A DNA stretch of 64,000 nt from Clostridia bacterium (GTDB lineage: Bacteria > Bacillota > Clostridia > Christensenellales > Aristaeellaceae), in the NCBI GenBank assembly GCA_017516765.1, contig JAFXBE010000045.1, positions 25,102 through 89,101 on the forward strand, read 5' to 3'. This document shows positions 53,408 to 62,201 of this stretch, one piece after another (the first letter of the stretch is position 1; every line of letters begins with the position of its first letter). The position numbers and the translations under genes are program-made. The notes under the pieces are model-generated. The model did not search any database, was not told the DNA's origin, and saw nothing but the letters and a program-made list of their open reading frames with translations.

Positions 53408-53767
53408 TCACTCGATCCTTGCACCAAAGGGGCACAGCGCCAGCTTTGCGTGCTTGAAGCATTGCATTCCAAAGGGAATACCGATCACGGTGCAGCACAG
53501 CAAAAGACCGTTCACCGCTGTGCCCAGCGCAAGGGGAATGCCGCTTACCAGCAGCCAGAGAATATTCATCAGCAGCGAGGGCAGTCCGCCACCGGGGATC
53601 ACCTCCAGCCCGAAGGGGCGGAAGGACAGCAACGCAAACTTGAAGCACTGACGGGCAATGGGAATGCCGACGATGGTAATGCTCCACAACAGACCGGCCA
53701 CCAGCCAGCCAAGCCCCTGCCAGAACCCGGCGCAGAGAAACCAGATCACATTTCCGAGAAAACCCAT
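53408..53767 (-). CDS. YccF-domain inner membrane protein (119 aa)
   Basis: Duplicated motif GNVIWFLCAGFW...TIVGIPIARQCFK / LLVSGIPLALG...TVIGIPFGMQCFK, typical of YccF. Confidence 0.85.
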   Translation of the reverse strand: MGFLGNVIWFLCAGFWQGLGWLVAGLLWSITIVGIPIARQCFKFALLSFRPFGLEVIPGGGLPSLLMNILWLLVSGIPLALGTAVNGLLLCCTVIGIPFGMQCFKHAKLALCPFGARIE

Positions 53768-53886
53768 TCATTATCACCTCGATGCTATGATAGCAAAAAG
53801 ACAGTGCAGAATACAGTTTTCTTGCAAAACATCATCCACTTCTTATGCTGCTTTCATTTTTCTCTCCAAAAAGATGTAAAGCGAGC

Positions 53887-53915
53887 TTGACATACTCACG
53901 GAGCTGTGCTATACT
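53887..53915 (+). promoter_or_regulatory. consensus-like sigma-70 promoter for the XRE cassette
   Basis: TTGACA (53887..53892), 17-nt spacer ending GTGC, TATACT (53910..53915). Confidence 0.7.
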
Positions 53916-53969
53916 CCATCATGTAAAGCATGCTTTCCATCTCTCGGGGAGAGAACGAAAGGAGTACCC

Positions 53970-54173
53970 ATGAAGAACCGATTGGAAGAACTGCGGCAGC
54001 AGAAGGGCTTGAAGCAGGAGGAGCTGGCTGCGCTGATGAAGGTATCCCGCCAGACCATCAGCTCGCTGGAAAACGGCCGCTACAACCCGTCCATCCTGCT
54101 GGCCATGAAGCTGGCACGCTATTTCGGCGTTACGGTAGAAGAAATGTTTATTTACGAAGAGGAGGAGAACTGA
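53970..54173 (+). CDS. XRE-family helix-turn-helix transcriptional regulator (67 aa)
   Basis: LKQEELAALMKVSRQTISSLENGRYNPSILLAMKLARYFGVTVEEMF, a canonical Cro/C1 HTH. Confidence 0.9.
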   Translation: MKNRLEELRQQKGLKQEELAALMKVSRQTISSLENGRYNPSILLAMKLARYFGVTVEEMFIYEEEEN

Positions 54174-54177
54174 GCCT

Positions 54178-54333
54178 ATGGAACTCGTTGTTTTGGGGCT
54201 CTTGGGTATTGCGCTTGTGCTGATGCTGCTCAGAAGGAGCAGGAATGCAGAAAAGAAACCCATGGAGCTGGTGGGCATCATTTCATTGGCGGCTTCATTC
54301 GTATTGATTATGCTGCGCCGGTTTGGCGCATAA
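54178..54333 (+). CDS. small two-TM membrane protein (51 aa)
   Basis: ATG lies 4 nt after the XRE stop. Sequence is MELVVLGLLGIALVLMLLRRSRNAEKKPMELVGIISLAASFVLIMLRRFGA. It is below the ORF-track cutoff and is called from context. Confidence 0.45.
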   Translation: MELVVLGLLGIALVLMLLRRSRNAEKKPMELVGIISLAASFVLIMLRRFGA

Positions 54334-54353
54334 ACTCAAGGAGGATATGAACC

Positions 54354-54794
54354 ATGATCTGCAAGAATTCCAAGTGGAACAAATGGATGGGCTGGATGAT
54401 GCTTCTGTTGGGCATTGTCAGCTTTCTCTATGGCCTCATCAGCTTTATCGTTGTAAAGCCTCAGGATAAGGCGACCAATACCCTGCTGGGTATGTTTACC
54501 GGTTTTGGCTTCGGTATTATCTGCGTAGCGATCGGCTACACCATCCGCCAGAAGCTTGTGAGCAAAGAAAAGCTTGAGCAGGAAGAGATCGACCGCTACG
54601 ACGAGCGGAATATCGCCATCGCCCGGTCTGCCTGCACGGTGGGCATGGTTACGGCGATCATCATGTTTGCTGCGCTCGCCTTTGCCTTTATGGGCATGGG
54701 GCTGATGAAGCCCTCTTACATGTGTATCGGCAGTATGTATGTGGTGCTGCTGGTAACCAAGATCTCTCAGAAAAAATTCGAGAAGAAAATGTAA
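54354..54794 (+). CDS. four-TM membrane protein (DUF2178-like) (146 aa)
   Basis: AAGGAGG lies upstream. It has four hydrophobic segments, and its placement after a short XRE regulator is a common cassette. Confidence 0.6.
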   Translation: MICKNSKWNKWMGWMMLLLGIVSFLYGLISFIVVKPQDKATNTLLGMFTGFGFGIICVAIGYTIRQKLVSKEKLEQEEIDRYDERNIAIARSACTVGMVTAIIMFAALAFAFMGMGLMKPSYMCIGSMYVVLLVTKISQKKFEKKM

Positions 54795-54804
54795 GGTCAA
54801 GGGT

Positions 54805-54903
54805 ATGTATGAATTTTTGAAGGCTGCTTTTCCGTGGATCATCATCGCTCTGTTTGTAGCAGTCGCCTGTGCTTACATGGGCGGGAAAAAGAAAGAAAAG
54901 TAA
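54805..54903 (+). CDS. candidate 32-aa single-TM peptide (MYEFLKAAFPWIIIALFVAVACAYMGGKKKEK)
   Basis: An open frame directly after the preceding gene and before the terminator, with a hydrophobic core and a Lys-rich tail. There is no strong SD. Confidence 0.3.
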   Translation: MYEFLKAAFPWIIIALFVAVACAYMGGKKKEK

Positions 54904-54910
54904 ACAAACG

Positions 54911-54943
54911 CCCTCCGCAGGTAAGAACCCTGCGGAGGGTTTT
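54911..54943. terminator. bidirectional terminator (XRE cassette / icd)
   Basis: CCCTCCGCAGG-taagaac-CCTGCGGAGGG followed by TTTT. Confidence 0.85.
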
Positions 54944-54959
54944 GATCCATTGCTATCGA

Positions 54960-56156
54960 TTACTGCATCCGGGCAGCAATGGCATCCAGGAACTGCTCGC
55001 TGTTGAGCACCTTGGCTTCTCCTTCGTAAAGCAGGGCCAGATCCTTGGTCATCTCGCCGCCCTCGATGGTATCAATGGTTGCCTTTTCCAGCTTGTCGGC
55101 AAAGGCGCACAGCTCGGGCAGCTCATCCAGCTCGCCACGCTTGCGCAGAGCGCCGGTCCAGGCAAAGATGGTGGCAACGGAGTTGGTGCTGGTCTCCTCG
55201 CCCTTCAGGTGGCGGTAGTAGTGGCGGGTAACGGTGCCGTGGGCGGCCTCGTACTCAAACTGACCGTTGGGGGAGACCAGAACGCTGGTCATCATGGCAA
55301 GGCTGCCGAAGGCGGTGGCGACCATGTCGCTCATCACGTCGCCGTCGTAGTTCTTCAGCGCCCAGATAAAGCCGCCCTCGCTGCGGATCACACGGGCAAC
55401 AGCATCGTCGATCAGGGTGTAGAAATAAGTGATGCCGGCCTTCTCAAAGGCTTCCTTGTACTGGTTCTCGTACAGGTCGGCAAAGATGTCCTTGAAGCGG
55501 TGGTCATACACCTTGGAGATGGTATCCTTGGTGGAGAACCACAGATCCTGCTTTACAGACAGGGCGTACCGGAAGCAGCTGTGGGCAAAGGAGGTGATGC
55601 TGGCATCGGTGTTGTGCTGTCCCTGAATGATGCCGCTGTCCTTGAACTCCAGAATGGTCTGGCGGCTCTCGTTGCCGTTGGCATCGGTAAAGCAGATCTC
55701 CGCCTTGCCTGCGCCGGGTACGGCGAACTCGGTGTTCTTGTACACATCGCCGTAGGCGTGACGGGCAATGGTAATGGGCTTCTTCCAGTTGCGCACGCAG
55801 GGGGTGATGCCCTTGACCAGCACCGGGGCGCGGAACACGGTACCGTCCAGAATGGCGCGGATGGTGCCGTTGGGGCTCTTCCACATCTGCTTCAGGTTGT
55901 ATTCCTCCACGCGCTGGGCGTTGGGGGTGATGGTGGCGCACTTGACGGCAACGCCGTACTTCAGCGTGGCCTTTGCACTTTCCACGGTGATGGCATCATC
56001 GGTCTCGTCGCGCTTTTTCAGGCCAAGGTCGTAATATTCGGTCTTCAGATCCACAAAGGGCAGGATCAGCTTATCCTTGATCATCTGCCAAAGGACGCGG
56101 GTCATTTCGTCGCCGTCCATCTCTACCAGCGGGGTCGTCATCTTGATCAAAGCCAT
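54960..56156 (-). CDS. icd: NADP-dependent isocitrate dehydrogenase (eukaryote-like subfamily II, 398 aa)
   Basis: N-terminus [23 protein letters not shown] and TITPN...; length and motifs match the roughly 400-aa IDH class. Confidence 0.9.
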   Translation of the reverse strand: MALIKMTTPLVEMDGDEMTRVLWQMIKDKLILPFVDLKTEYYDLGLKKRDETDDAITVESAKATLKYGVAVKCATITPNAQRVEEYNLKQMWKSPNGTIRAILDGTVFRAPVLVKGITPCVRNWKKPITIARHAYGDVYKNTEFAVPGAGKAEICFTDANGNESRQTILEFKDSGIIQGQHNTDASITSFAHSCFRYALSVKQDLWFSTKDTISKVYDHRFKDIFADLYENQYKEAFEKAGITYFYTLIDDAVARVIRSEGGFIWALKNYDGDVMSDMVATAFGSLAMMTSVLVSPNGQFEYEAAHGTVTRHYYRHLKGEETSTNSVATIFAWTGALRKRGELDELPELCAFADKLEKATIDTIEGGEMTKDLALLYEGEAKVLNSEQFLDAIAARMQ

Positions 56157-56292
56157 CGTTGGGACACATCCCTTCTTAAAGTTTACGCTACCCATTGTAG
56201 CCGCCAAGGCGTTGCATTTCAAGCAATATACAGGAAATAAACAGCTCTGCACAGGCGAAAAACAATTGCCTGTTTTTTTTCCTGCCGGTTCG

Positions 56293-56301
56293 TGGTATGA
56301 T
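56293..56301 (+). promoter_or_regulatory. extended -10 element (TGgTATGAT) upstream of the GlpA-like trio
   Basis: TGG+TATGAT at 56293..56301. The -35 position is a T-tract (poor match). Confidence 0.35.
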
Positions 56302-56360
56302 AGATATATGGTATATGGCTGCAGGGTTTTGCCTGCAGCATGAGACGGAGGGATTCTGTT

Positions 56361-57812
56361 TTGAAAAAGATCATCGTCATCGGCGGCGGCGTGATCGGCT
56401 GCGCCGTTGCAAGAGAATTATCCCGCTATGAAGCAGAGATCATCCTGCTGGAGGGCGGGGTGGATGTGGCAGAGGGGGCCAGCAAGGCCAACAGCGCCAT
56501 CGTTCATGCGGGCTTTGATGCCAAGCCCGGCACCATGAAGGCAAAGCTCAATGTGGAAGGTGTAAAGATGTATCCCCGGCTGTGCGCCGAGGTAGGCGCA
56601 CCCTACGGGCAGCCCGGCGCCATGGTGCTGGCTTTTACCCCCGAAGAACGCCCCACCATCGAAAAACTGTATGAGCAGGGCATTCAAAACGGTGTTGAGC
56701 AGCTGCGCATCATCGAACGGGACGAGATCCTCGCGCTGGAGCCCAATACCAATCCGGATGTGGAATGCGCCCTGCTGGCGCCCACCAGCGGGCTTACCTG
56801 CCCTTACGAGCTTACCTATGCCCTTGCCGACCATGCGGCGGTCAACGGCGTCAACTTTGTGATGAATGCCCGTGTGAACGGCATCCGCAAGGATGGCGAA
56901 GGCTTTGTGCTGGCAACCGAAAAAGGCGAAATGCATGCCGAACTGGTGGTCAACTGCGCCGGTATGGGTTCGGGTGAGCTGCATAATCAGCTTTCCTCCC
57001 GCAAAGTAAGGCTGATCCCCCGCAAAGGCGAGTATTACCTGCTGGACCACGAGCTGCCGCTGCTCTTTACCCGCACCATGTTCCAGTGCCCCTCCAAGAT
57101 GGGCAAGGGCGTGCTGGTGTCGCCCACGCTCCACGGCAATACCATCCTTGGCCCCACGGCTGAGGATATCGACGATGCCACCGATGTTTCCACCACCCGG
57201 GAAGCACTGGCACTGGTCAACGAACGCTCCCGCATGACGTGGCCGGGTCTTACCCTGCGCAATGTGATCACCACCTTTGCGGGCATCCGCGCCCACGAGG
57301 AAAACGGCGATTTTATCATCGGGGCGGTGGAAGGCTGCCCCGGCGCATACGAGACCGTGGGCGTGGAAAGCCCCGGTCTGTCCTCTGCACCCGCCATTGC
57401 CGAAATGCTGGCAGGGCAGATCGCCGGGGAAAACGCCTTGCCCCTCAAGCCGGAATGGAAGCCTGCCCCTGTGCGCAAGAAACCCTTCTACGCCATGTCG
57501 CTGGAGGAGCGGGTGGAAGCCGTTAAAGAGGATGCCAACTACGGCGCACTTGTCTGCCGGTGCGAGCAGGTAACCGAAGCAGAGATCCGGGCTGCCATCC
57601 GCCGCCCGGTAGGCGCCACCACCATCGATGGGGTCAAACGCCGCACCCGTGCCGGTATGGGGCGGTGTCAGGGCGGCTTCTGCAGCCCCCGGGTGCTGGA
57701 GATCCTTGCCGAGGAGCTGGGTATCGACCCCACACAGGTCACCAAGGGTGGGGGAAAGAGCAACCTGCTGGTAAGCACCATTGCTCAGGCGATGGGAAAG
57801 GAGGATGCCTGA
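56361..57812 (+). CDS. FAD-dependent oxidoreductase, GlpA/glycerol-3-phosphate dehydrogenase-like, with BFD-like [2Fe-2S] domain (483 aa)
   Basis: Dinucleotide motif [16 protein letters not shown] at the N-terminus if TTG 56361 is used (GGAGGG 8 nt upstream); ATG 56340 is the alternative. The BFD-like motif is [15 protein letters not shown]...[12 protein letters not shown]. Confidence 0.8.
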   Translation: MKKIIVIGGGVIGCAVARELSRYEAEIILLEGGVDVAEGASKANSAIVHAGFDAKPGTMKAKLNVEGVKMYPRLCAEVGAPYGQPGAMVLAFTPEERPTIEKLYEQGIQNGVEQLRIIERDEILALEPNTNPDVECALLAPTSGLTCPYELTYALADHAAVNGVNFVMNARVNGIRKDGEGFVLATEKGEMHAELVVNCAGMGSGELHNQLSSRKVRLIPRKGEYYLLDHELPLLFTRTMFQCPSKMGKGVLVSPTLHGNTILGPTAEDIDDATDVSTTREALALVNERSRMTWPGLTLRNVITTFAGIRAHEENGDFIIGAVEGCPGAYETVGVESPGLSSAPAIAEMLAGQIAGENALPLKPEWKPAPVRKKPFYAMSLEERVEAVKEDANYGALVCRCEQVTEAEIRAAIRRPVGATTIDGVKRRTRAGMGRCQGGFCSPRVLEILAEELGIDPTQVTKGGGKSNLLVSTIAQAMGKEDA

Positions 57813-57813
57813 T

Positions 57814-59097
57814 ATGCTGTCCAACGAATTGAGCGAACAGGTGCAGTCTGTCGATGTGCTTGTGGTGGGCGCAGGCCCTGCCGGTATGGCAGCCGCCATC
57901 GCTGCCAGAGAAGCAGGGGTGGAAAGCCTGCTGGTACTGGAACGGGAAGCGCACATGGGCGGCATTCTGCGCCAGTGCATCCATAACGGCTTCGGTCTGC
58001 ACCGCTTCAAGGAAGAACTGACCGGCCCCGAGTATGCCCAGCGGGATATCGACAGGGTAAACGAGCTGGGTATTGAGGTTCGCTGCGGAACCACGGTGCT
58101 GAGCATCGACGAGAACCGTTTTGTGACCGCCATCAGCAAGGAAAAAGGCGTGCAGCTGTTTCAGGCGGGAGCCATTGTGCTGGCCATGGGCTGCCGGGAA
58201 CGTCCCCGGGGCGCCTTGGGTACCCCCGGCACCCGCTGCGCCGGTGTGTATTCTGCCGGTACGGCGCAGAAATTCGTCAATCTGGAAGGCTATATGCCCG
58301 GCAAGCGGGTGGTCATCCTGGGCAGCGGCGATATCGGGCTTATCATGGCGCGGCGCATGACGCTGCAGGGAGCCAAGGTGTTGGCGTGCGTGGAGATCAT
58401 GCCCTATTCGGGCGGCCTGAACCGCAATATCGTGCAATGTCTGGAGGATTATGACATCCCCCTGCTGCTGAGCCATACCGTAGTGGATATTCAGGGCAAG
58501 GATCGCCTCAGCGGCGTAACGGTTGCCAAAGTGGATGAGAAGCGTAACCCCATCCCCGGCACCGAGCAGCATTTCGACTGCGATACTTTGCTCCTTTCCG
58601 TGGGTCTGATCCCCGAAAACGAGCTGACCCGGCAGGCGGGAGTCACCATGTCTGCCACCACACAGGGCGCGGTGGTGGATGACCGGCTCCAGACCAGCCG
58701 GGAGGGTATCTTTGCCTGCGGTAATGTGCTGCATGTACACGATCTGGTAGACTTCGTCAGTGCAGAGAGCTTCCGGGCGGGCAGGGCGGCAGCCGACTAT
58801 GTTCAGGGTAAGAACCGCGAAGGCCGCTACGTTTCCATGCAGGACGGCAACGGCGTGCGGGGCGTAGTGCCTCAGCAGCTGCTGGTCCCTGAAGGCGAAG
58901 CCGAGCCGGTGCAGGTCATGTTCCGCCCCGCCGGTGTATACGAGAACGCCACCGTGGTCGTCCGGGATGGCGATCAGGAGATTCTGCGCCGGCGCAAGCG
59001 CATCTTCACCCCCGGTGAAATGGCAGAACTGACGCTCAAGCCCGACATGATCCGCAGCATTGAGGGCGATACCGTTACGGTCGAGATCATTGTGTAA
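57814..59097 (+). CDS. NAD(P)/FAD-dependent (pyridine nucleotide-disulfide family) oxidoreductase (427 aa)
   Basis: Two dinucleotide motifs, DVLVVGAGPAGMAAA and VVILGSGDIGLIMA. AAGGAGGA lies 9 nt upstream of ATG 57814. Confidence 0.8.
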   Translation: MLSNELSEQVQSVDVLVVGAGPAGMAAAIAAREAGVESLLVLEREAHMGGILRQCIHNGFGLHRFKEELTGPEYAQRDIDRVNELGIEVRCGTTVLSIDENRFVTAISKEKGVQLFQAGAIVLAMGCRERPRGALGTPGTRCAGVYSAGTAQKFVNLEGYMPGKRVVILGSGDIGLIMARRMTLQGAKVLACVEIMPYSGGLNRNIVQCLEDYDIPLLLSHTVVDIQGKDRLSGVTVAKVDEKRNPIPGTEQHFDCDTLLLSVGLIPENELTRQAGVTMSATTQGAVVDDRLQTSREGIFACGNVLHVHDLVDFVSAESFRAGRAAADYVQGKNREGRYVSMQDGNGVRGVVPQQLLVPEGEAEPVQVMFRPAGVYENATVVVRDGDQEILRRRKRIFTPGEMAELTLKPDMIRSIEGDTVTVEIIV

Positions 59098-59110
59098 GGA
59101 GGTATCCCGA

Positions 59111-59464
59111 ATGGAAAGACAGATCACCTGTATCAACTGTCCTGTGGGCTGCCGCCTGCAGGTAACGCTGGAAAACGGTCAGGTAACCAGAGTGGAGGGG
59201 CAGAGCTGTAAGCGTGGCGAGACCTATGCCATGCAGGAATGCACCGCCCCCGCCCGCATGGTCACCGCTGCGGTGCCGGTGCAGGGACGCACCACCCCGG
59301 TCAGTGTCAAAACCCGCACGCCCATTCCCAAGGAGCAGATTTTCCCCTGCATGAGGCAGCTTGCCACCCTGCGGCTGACCGCTCCCGTGCGCATGGGCGA
59401 TGTGGTGCTCAGCAATGTATGCGGCACCGGTGTGGATGTGATCGCCACCAAGACCGTGGAATAA
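59111..59464 (+). CDS. DUF1667-domain protein (Cys-rich small subunit of the oxidoreductase trio) (117 aa)
   Basis: ITCINCPVGCRL...GQSCKRGETYA is typical of DUF1667. AAGGAGG lies upstream. Confidence 0.75.
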   Translation: MERQITCINCPVGCRLQVTLENGQVTRVEGQSCKRGETYAMQECTAPARMVTAAVPVQGRTTPVSVKTRTPIPKEQIFPCMRQLATLRLTAPVRMGDVVLSNVCGTGVDVIATKTVE

Positions 59465-59521
59465 AACTCCGTATAGAAACAATAGCCATCGGTCATCCTA
59501 CTCCCAAAGGAGGGAGCAAGG

Positions 59522-60610
59522 GTGACCGATGGTGTTTTTACAGAAAGGGAATGGCTCAGAAACGGCGGAGGGGTGGTGCGTTCCCCGGCGGGGCATTGGG
59601 GAGCCCTGTGCACCCGTCCCGCAGTGAAAAAGAGCATTCATCGGAACCGGAAACTGCACGGGGGAATGCTGGCGGCTTCGCTGATGGTTTCGGCGTTGAT
59701 CGCGCTGTGCTTTTCTGCCCATCCGCGTCCAAGGGTGTTCCCCCTGGCAGCGATCCCGGCAGCGGCTGCCGGTGTCAGGATCCGGCAGGTGGATGGCCTT
59801 ACCTTTGATGCTCCCACAGGCGGCAGCATGCGCAGCATCACCTGCACAGAAGAAGAACTGCTTGCCGGAAAGCTGCTGCTACTGGACGGGCAGCGTCCTC
59901 TGCCGGAGCCTGCCGGTAAAGCCGCGTTGGAAAGCATCGCCACCTATGGCAAGGGAATGGTTCCGGTCAACGATCTTTCGCCGGTAAGCGGCAGGGAGAC
60001 CATCAGGGCGTTGGCAAAACTCTTTGTTTTGCTCCGGGAGAACGGAGCGGGCAGTTTTGCGGTATGGCAGGGAACCCGGAGCCCGGGCAGCGGGGCAGAG
60101 GAATGGCGCAGACGGATGCAGGCAATGGTGCAGAAGACGGATGTGGATACAGCGATTGCTTTGCTTGCGCCCCAATGCGATGCTTCATCGGAGGAATGGC
60201 TTCTGCCCTACACGGTGGAGCTGCGTATGCCGTCTCCGGATCCGGAATTACCGGATCCCACGCCTCTCGCAGAAACGGAACAGGGCAGAAGATTGTTGCA
60301 GCTGGCATGGCACTGCGGCTTTGTACGCTGCGGCAGCAAAGAGGAAGACACGTTCCGTTTCCGTTATGTGGGACAGGCGCACGCCATCGCTATGACCTAT
60401 CTGGATGTCAGCCTCAGCGACTATATCCGGATCCTCCACGAAAAGAGGAACATTACCGTCCGCACCCGGGAGACGACCTACCACATTCAATGCATCCCCG
60501 CCCCCGAGGGCTATGCACAGTTCCACGTGCCTGCAAATTCGGAGGTGGAAGTGAGCGCAGACAACACCGGTTGGGCGGTAGCGGCCTGTACCATCTCAAA
60601 CAAGCCATAA
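59522..60610 (+). CDS. membrane-anchored hypothetical protein with a degenerate VanY/M15-peptidase-like C-terminal segment (362 aa)
   Basis: GTG start lies 5 nt after AAAGGAGGGA. It has a TM (MLAASLMVSALIALCFSA), and LQLAWHCGFVRCGSKEEDTFRFRYVG resembles the ...GF..RYP...EPWH.RYVG end of VanY-type carboxypeptidases but lacks the His. Confidence 0.35.
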   Translation: MTDGVFTEREWLRNGGGVVRSPAGHWGALCTRPAVKKSIHRNRKLHGGMLAASLMVSALIALCFSAHPRPRVFPLAAIPAAAAGVRIRQVDGLTFDAPTGGSMRSITCTEEELLAGKLLLLDGQRPLPEPAGKAALESIATYGKGMVPVNDLSPVSGRETIRALAKLFVLLRENGAGSFAVWQGTRSPGSGAEEWRRRMQAMVQKTDVDTAIALLAPQCDASSEEWLLPYTVELRMPSPDPELPDPTPLAETEQGRRLLQLAWHCGFVRCGSKEEDTFRFRYVGQAHAIAMTYLDVSLSDYIRILHEKRNITVRTRETTYHIQCIPAPEGYAQFHVPANSEVEVSADNTGWAVAACTISNKP

Positions 60611-60615
60611 AAGAA

Positions 60616-60645
60616 GCCCCGCAGACCCTTTCGGATCTGCGGGGC
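60616..60645. terminator. bidirectional terminator between convergent genes
   Basis: GCCCCGCAGA-ccctttcgga-TCTGCGGGGC, a 10-bp perfect stem. Confidence 0.75.
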
Positions 60646-60662
60646 GATTGCTGCGGGAAAGA

Positions 60663-61517
60663 TTATTCAGCGGCGGCCTCGGTGGTCTCCACGGTCTCGG
60701 CAGCAGCATCGGCGGGGGTGAAGGTGGGGGCGAAGCCGGCGTTCACAATCAGGTCGTAAACTTCCTGGGTGTACATTACCTGCTCCAGAGCCTTGACCCA
60801 CTCGGCCTCGGCGTTCTCGGGCTTTACAACAACGATGTTCACATAAGCCTTGGCAGCTTCGCTGTCGGCGGCTTCCACGTACAGGCCGTCCACATTGGGG
60901 ATCAGCTCAACGAGGGTGGCGTTGTTGCCGTTGATCACGGCGTAGGCAACATCGGCGCGGGCGCCGGGGATCAGCTCGGCATTCAGCTCCATGATCTCCA
61001 GGTTGTAGGGGTTCTCAACGATATCCATGGGAGTGCAGGTGCTCTCCAGAGTGGTGCCTTCGGGCAGCTTGATCAGACCGGCATTCTGCAGCAGCAGCAG
61101 GGCGCGGTTCTCGTTGACGGGATCGTTGGGTACGGCGATGGTGTCGCCGTTGGCGATCTCATCCAGAGAGGTCTTGGTGCCGGCATAGATGGCCATGGGC
61201 TCGAAGTGGGTGTAGATCACAGCCACCAGCTGCTCTTCTTCGGACACTTCGGCATTGTAGCCGGCAAGGTAGGGCACATGCTGGAAGAAGTTGGCCATCA
61301 CGTCACCGGCAGAGGTGGCGGGGTTCTCGACCACATAGTCGGAAACCACGGTCAGCTCCAGCTCGTAGCCCAGAGCAGCCAGATCGTCCTTGATCAGCTC
61401 CATCACTTCGGCGTGGGGATTCTCAGTGGCGATCACAGAGATCTTCTCGGCTGCGAAAGCAGAGGTCAGGGACAGGGAAAGAACCAGAGCCAGTACCAGG
61501 GCAAGGATCTTCTTCAT
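60663..61517 (-). CDS. metQ: MetQ/NlpA-family methionine ABC transporter substrate-binding protein (284 aa)
   Basis: NlpA-family core (ATENPHAEVMELIKDDL...NFFQHVPYL...AVPNDPVNENRALLLLQNAGLIKL). Signal peptide MKKILALVLALVLSLSLTSAFA has no Cys. Confidence 0.88.
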   Translation of the reverse strand: MKKILALVLALVLSLSLTSAFAAEKISVIATENPHAEVMELIKDDLAALGYELELTVVSDYVVENPATSAGDVMANFFQHVPYLAGYNAEVSEEEQLVAVIYTHFEPMAIYAGTKTSLDEIANGDTIAVPNDPVNENRALLLLQNAGLIKLPEGTTLESTCTPMDIVENPYNLEIMELNAELIPGARADVAYAVINGNNATLVELIPNVDGLYVEAADSEAAKAYVNIVVVKPENAEAEWVKALEQVMYTQEVYDLIVNAGFAPTFTPADAAAETVETTEAAAE

Positions 61518-61538
61518 GGTTGGTGTCTCCTTTCGTTA

Positions 61539-62201
61539 TTAGCGGTGTTTATGGTCCAGGCGGCGTGTAATGCGGCCGCCGAAGACGGTAATGATCTGTA
61601 CCAGTGCCACCAGCAGAAGGCTGGCAGAGTACATAATGTCGAACTTGCGTACGTTCAGACCCTTTACGATGGCAAGGGAGCCCAAACCGCCGCCGCCCGC
61701 TGCGCTGGCCATGGCGGTGTAACCCAGAATGGTGGTAACGCAGATGGCTGCGCCGTTTACCAGAGAGGGTACCGCCTCGGGCAGAAGCACCTTGTAGATG
61801 ATCTGCCAGTTGGTGGAGCCCATGGACTGGGCTGCCTCGATAATGCCGCGGTCCACCTCATCCAGCGAGCTTTCCACCATACGGGCAATGTAGGGGAATG
61901 CGCTGATGATGAGTGGGAACACGATGGATTTGGTACCGATGGCTGTGCCGATCACCGCACGGGTAACAGGGAACAGTACTGCCAGCATGATAATGAAGGG
62001 GATGGAGCGGAGGAAGTTGATCACAACCCCCAGCACGGCGTTGAAGGTGGGGCAGGGCATAATGCCGTCCTTACGGGTAACCACCAGCAAAACGCCCAGC
62101 GGCAGACCGATCACATAGGCGATCAGGCTGGACCAGAAGGTCATGTACAGGGTGTCGACGGTGCCTTCCCAAAGCATGGGCAGCAGCTTTTCCCAAGTCA
62201 T
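61539..62201 (-). CDS. metI: methionine ABC transporter permease (220 aa)
   Basis: Five TM segments and the EAA-loop region EAAQSMGSTNWQIIYKVLLPEA. TAATG overlap with metN. Confidence 0.88.
   Translation of the reverse strand: MTWEKLLPMLWEGTVDTLYMTFWSSLIAYVIGLPLGVLLVVTRKDGIMPCPTFNAVLGVVINFLRSIPFIIMLAVLFPVTRAVIGTAIGTKSIVFPLIISAFPYIARMVESSLDEVDRGIIEAAQSMGSTNWQIIYKVLLPEAVPSLVNGAAICVTTILGYTAMASAAGGGGLGSLAIVKGLNVRKFDIMYSASLLLVALVQIITVFGGRITRRLDHKHR

Noticed and set aside
56251-56282. A terminator-like element ACAGGC-N11-GCCTGT followed by T10, on the plus strand upstream of the GlpA-like gene.
   Set aside because: It has only a 6-bp stem with an 11-nt loop, and no plus-strand gene ends there. 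It is more likely an AT-rich promoter-upstream (UP-like) tract or an insulator. The evidence is too weak to call.
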